A stretch of DNA of 64,000 nucleotides. It comes from Monocercomonoides exilis PA203 (taxonomy: Eukaryota; Protista; Preaxostyla). How positions within the stretch are numbered: position 1 is the stretch's first letter; each line of letters begins with the position of its first letter. Position numbers and translations under genes: made by a program. The DNA is taken from positions 1,798,001 to 1,862,000 of the forward strand of contig LSRY02000007.1 of NCBI GenBank assembly GCA_001643675.2, read 5' to 3'. Positions 60,766 to 64,000 of this stretch are shown in pieces. Under the pieces are notes generated by a model, which saw nothing but the letters and a program-made list of their open reading frames with translations, made no database searches and was not told the DNA's origin.

Positions 60766-63408
60766 TTACAAGATATCTGCCCAATTGAAGTCCATATTCG
60801 TGTCTCCATCGTCCACATCGCTCCACGAAGGCGCCGGATGTGCCGGATCGCTCTCTGCGCCTGCCGAAGACGACTTGCCTTCTGCACTCTCCTCAGGCGT
60901 GTCCTGCACCCACGACGGCCCCGACCACCCAGACGCCTTCTGCTCGTCCTCTCTCTTGCGCATCTCTCTGCTCTCTCCACTCGGCTGGCTCGAGCTCTGA
61001 TACTTTGGATACTCCTCGCGCCTGTCTCCGTATCCTCCGTCTCTTCTTCCTTTCCATCCTCCTCCTCCTCCTCCTCCTCCACTCCCTCCTCCGCCATACC
61101 CTCCGCTCTGCCTGTCTCTCCACCCGCCTCCGCTGCTGCCTCTGTCTCCTCCCCTGCTCCATCCGCCGCCTCCCTCTCGTCTCATGTCTCTGCCTCTGCC
61201 AAATGATGGTGAGCCAGACATCGGAAACGAGGGTGTAGAAGCACTCGTGTAGACAGCTGGAGATGGAACAGGAGTCGGAGATTGGGACGAGTATGATGAA
61301 GATGTGTAGGACGATGAAAGATGAGAAGGAGAGGTGGAAGATGAGTCTCTTGACATTTTGATGTCATCTCCTTCTTCATCAACAATCACTGAAGTCGGCG
61401 ATGGCTTATATGGAACAAGTCTGTTTGTCAGCACTTCTCTTTCGGGTCCCCCGCTTCTCCTTTCCCACTCACCGCCTGCGCTTCCGTGGCTTCCATATCC
61501 ACCAGACCCGCTTCCTCTGTCGCTCGGCCCTCCTGCTCCGCTTCTCATCAGCCCGCCACTCCGCCCGCTGTGAGTGTATGAAACAGACGCAAAGCCACTG
61601 TCATCTCTGCTTCCGCGTTCTCCATATCCACCGCTGCTACTGCTCCCGTACCCGCCATAGCCTCCCCCACCACCTCCTCCTCTTCCCCTTCGGAAATCTC
61701 TTCCTCCAAATCCTGATCCCCATTTCCCTCCTCCGCCGCCTCCTCTTCTGGCTCCCATTTCGTAGAAGAACTCAGGAATTTCTTGATTTGCCTCGTTCAA
61801 CTTCCGGATCAGTTGTGGAATCATGTCGCCATCCTGCGGCCTGATAAATGTGATTGATGTTCCTGGGTTCCCCACTCTCCCTGTTCTTCCTATGCGATGG
61901 ACGTATCTTTCGATATCACGAGGCATCGTGTAGTTGATGACTGTCCGCACAAACGGGATGTCGAGTCCTCGCGCAGCCACGTCTGTCGCCACGAGGATGT
62001 TGGCAAGCCCCTTTCGGAAAGTAAACAGCGCATTCTCTCTTTCTTCTTGCGTTCTGTCTCCGTGGATGGATGTCGCCTGAAATCCTTCGTAATTCAGCTG
62101 GTGCTCAAGCTTGTTAGCTTCTGCTTTTGTCTCAGTGAAAACAAGAACCAAGTTCAGTTCTTTATCTCCACCAGAACTGGGTTTACTGATTGAAGAAGTT
62201 GAGCTCCTTGGTGTTGATGAACTGTGCAAGCTGGATGTCGTTCCAAGAATATCTTGCAAAAGAAGAACCAATTGGGTGTATGCAACATCGTCGATTCCAC
62301 GCCCCATATCGACGATTTTCTCAAATTTCTGTGTGATATCTTGAGTTGTCGTTCCCACTTTCCCAACAACAACAAAAAGATAATCAGAAAGGAAATCTGC
62401 AGACATGCGCTGTATTTCAACTGGAAATGTCGCAGAAAACATTAAAGTTTGCCTTCTTCCGGTTTCTGGCATTTCATGCTTATAAACAATCTCCCGGATC
62501 TGAGGTGCAAAACCCATATCAAGCATTGTATCAGCCTCATCCAAGCAAAATATTTCGATTCGGCGAAGTGAAATAATCCGTTTTTGAAGAAGATCTGTCA
62601 ATCTTCCTGGAGTTGCAACAATTAGATCCGAGCCATGCCTCCTAATAGCAGAGACTTGCTCTTTCATATTTCGCCCTCCATAAGCTAATGATACAATCAC
62701 ATTCGTACAATGAGAAAATTTGAGCGCTTCTTCAAAAATCTGGATTGACAATTCTCTTGTAGGTGCCAAAATTAATGCAAGAGGATGTACAATAAGCTGT
62801 CCTCCAACATAAGATTTTCCACCAAAATTCTTAGCTTTTACAAGTTTTGCCAAAATTGGCAGCAAAAAGGCGGCCGTCTTCCCCGAACCAGTTTGAGCAC
62901 ATGCCATCAAATCACGGTTTTCTAAGATGATAGGTATTGCATGTTTCTGAATTGGTGTTGGCTTTTGATACTGGGCAAGCCGAATATTTCTATTAATTGC
63001 TTGGCCAAAGTCTAATTCAACAAAATTGTTGAACGGCTCAACAAAGTTTTTCCCGCTAACTTCAACGTCAATTTTATCGTAATCATCAAAGTGAATTCCT
63101 GATTTTGTTGAATTTGCGAACATTTTTTTTTCTCTTTCTTTTTGTTCTTCTGTCAAAACAAATTCACTATCGCCACCATAACCCACTCTTGAAGAATAAC
63201 TATCGCTCGATGGTAGAGGTGCGGAATCGCTTCTAGAAGGGTGAAGTGTCCTTGACTGAAATGAATGAGAAGTCGAAATGCCAGAAGTGCGAAATGAACC
63301 GCCAGACTGATTCTGCGCTGCCTGTTCCTGGCGTCTTCGATGAGGAGGAACATATTTTTCTTCTGAAGGTTTAACTTCAGTTTTGTTATCCGTATTTATT
63401 TCAGACAT
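60766..63408 (-). CDS. DDX3: DEAD-box RNA helicase, DDX3/Ded1/PL10 subfamily
   Basis: Q motif YQKPTPIQ; RDLMACAQTGSGKTAAFLLP; PTREL; TPGRL; LDEAD.MLDMGF; FSAT; ARGLD; YVHRIGRTGRVG; subfamily signatures YVPPH and GIHFDDYDKIDVEVSG; RGG-rich C-terminal tail. Confidence 0.93.
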   Translation of the reverse strand: MSEINTDNKTEVKPSEEKYVPPHRRRQEQAAQNQSGGSFRTSGISTSHSFQSRTLHPSRSDSAPLPSSDSYSSRVGYGGDSEFVLTEEQKEREKKMFANSTKSGIHFDDYDKIDVEVSGKNFVEPFNNFVELDFGQAINRNIRLAQYQKPTPIQKHAIPIILENRDLMACAQTGSGKTAAFLLPILAKLVKAKNFGGKSYVGGQLIVHPLALILAPTRELSIQIFEEALKFSHCTNVIVSLAYGGRNMKEQVSAIRRHGSDLIVATPGRLTDLLQKRIISLRRIEIFCLDEADTMLDMGFAPQIREIVYKHEMPETGRRQTLMFSATFPVEIQRMSADFLSDYLFVVVGKVGTTTQDITQKFEKIVDMGRGIDDVAYTQLVLLLQDILGTTSSLHSSSTPRSSTSSISKPSSGGDKELNLVLVFTETKAEANKLEHQLNYEGFQATSIHGDRTQEERENALFTFRKGLANILVATDVAARGLDIPFVRTVINYTMPRDIERYVHRIGRTGRVGNPGTSITFIRPQDGDMIPQLIRKLNEANQEIPEFFYEMGARRGGGGGGKWGSGFGGRDFRRGRGGGGGGGYGGYGSSSSGGYGERGSRDDSGFASVSYTHSGRSGGLMRSGAGGPSDRGSGSGGYGSHGSAGGEWERRSGGPEREVLTNRLVPYKPSPTSVIVDEEGDDIKMSRDSSSTSPSHLSSSYTSSSYSSQSPTPVPSPAVYTSASTPSFPMSGSPSFGRGRDMRREGGGGWSRGGDRGSSGGGWRDRQSGGYGGGGSGGGGGGGGWKGRRDGGYGDRREEYPKYQSSSQPSGESREMRKREDEQKASGWSGPSWVQDTPEESAEGKSSSAGAESDPAHPAPSWSDVDDGDTNMDFNWADIL

Positions 63409-64000
63409 CAAAGTCTAAAAATTGGTTATAACCATATTATTGTTTATGAAACCCAAAGCTCGCATATCAAGATCTATATGATCTTTGAAAAAATCAATAT
63501 TTTATTTGTTTCTTTTAATCAATATATTAGAACAGTAAATCGCATCTAATCGTTGCAGTATTCTATTTTGATAGGCTGTTCTCGATATAAGCATGAATTG
63601 AAAGTGGAAAAGGCAAAAATAATAAATTTTTTATTATTCACGTGCTTCATTTTGCAAAAAACATCATCAAAGATACTTCGTGATTTTTATATATTTCTCT
63701 CTATTTTGTATATCCAGTGTTTTGTAGTTTCATCGTTTGTTTATTTTATTATCCTCCCAAATCATCGAACAATATCATAATTGATTTTTTATTTGGAAAT
63801 TTGCTTCCGTTTATAAAGCATAATTTTAATATTATGCTGTGGAAGGTGATATGTTCCATGAAGGAAGTATTTTAAAACTTCAAGTGAACTATTTTCTGTT
63901 CAATTCTAAAAGAAAAATCAAATATGTATTTTTCAATTGAAAAGCAAGTTAAATTGAATATTTTGATAAGAATGTGAGAAATAATGCAATTAAAGAATAA

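Noticed and set aside
1-64000. Genome-wide stop-codon reassignment (TAA/TAG as Gln, or TGA as Trp)
   Set aside because: Multi-kilobase ORFs are free of internal stops, all three stops terminate genes at sensible positions, and only two isolated in-frame stops occur in otherwise intact frames.

Overview
AT-rich eukaryotic genomic DNA with short (about 40-80 bp) GT-AG introns and an apparently standard genetic code. The gene families present suggest an oxymonad such as Monocercomonoides; this is inferred, not verified. The window holds three members of a giant type-I membrane protein family built from repeated Cys-motif/beta-helix-like modules (4, 8 and 3 modules). Two of them end in a near-identical TKL-like pseudokinase tail and one has no tail; the largest is broken by one frameshift and one in-frame TAG. 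It also holds two intact copies and one decayed copy of a lineage-specific helical protein family, and a complete pogo/Fot1-like DD35D DNA transposon with TIRs, TA duplication, an intron and an internal stop. A 3-kb intergenic cluster of palindromic non-autonomous elements includes a ~1-kb nested foldback: perfect 286-bp arms enclosing a Tc1-type MITE that itself contains an 83-bp perfect hairpin. The remaining genes are a 3-RRM protein with a huge low-complexity tail, a multi-exon ARM-like/coiled-coil/SPRY gene with a 14-nt microexon (largely missed by the ORF track), a hypothetical gene and a DDX3/Ded1-type DEAD-box helicase. No rRNA, tRNA or CRISPR array was recognised.
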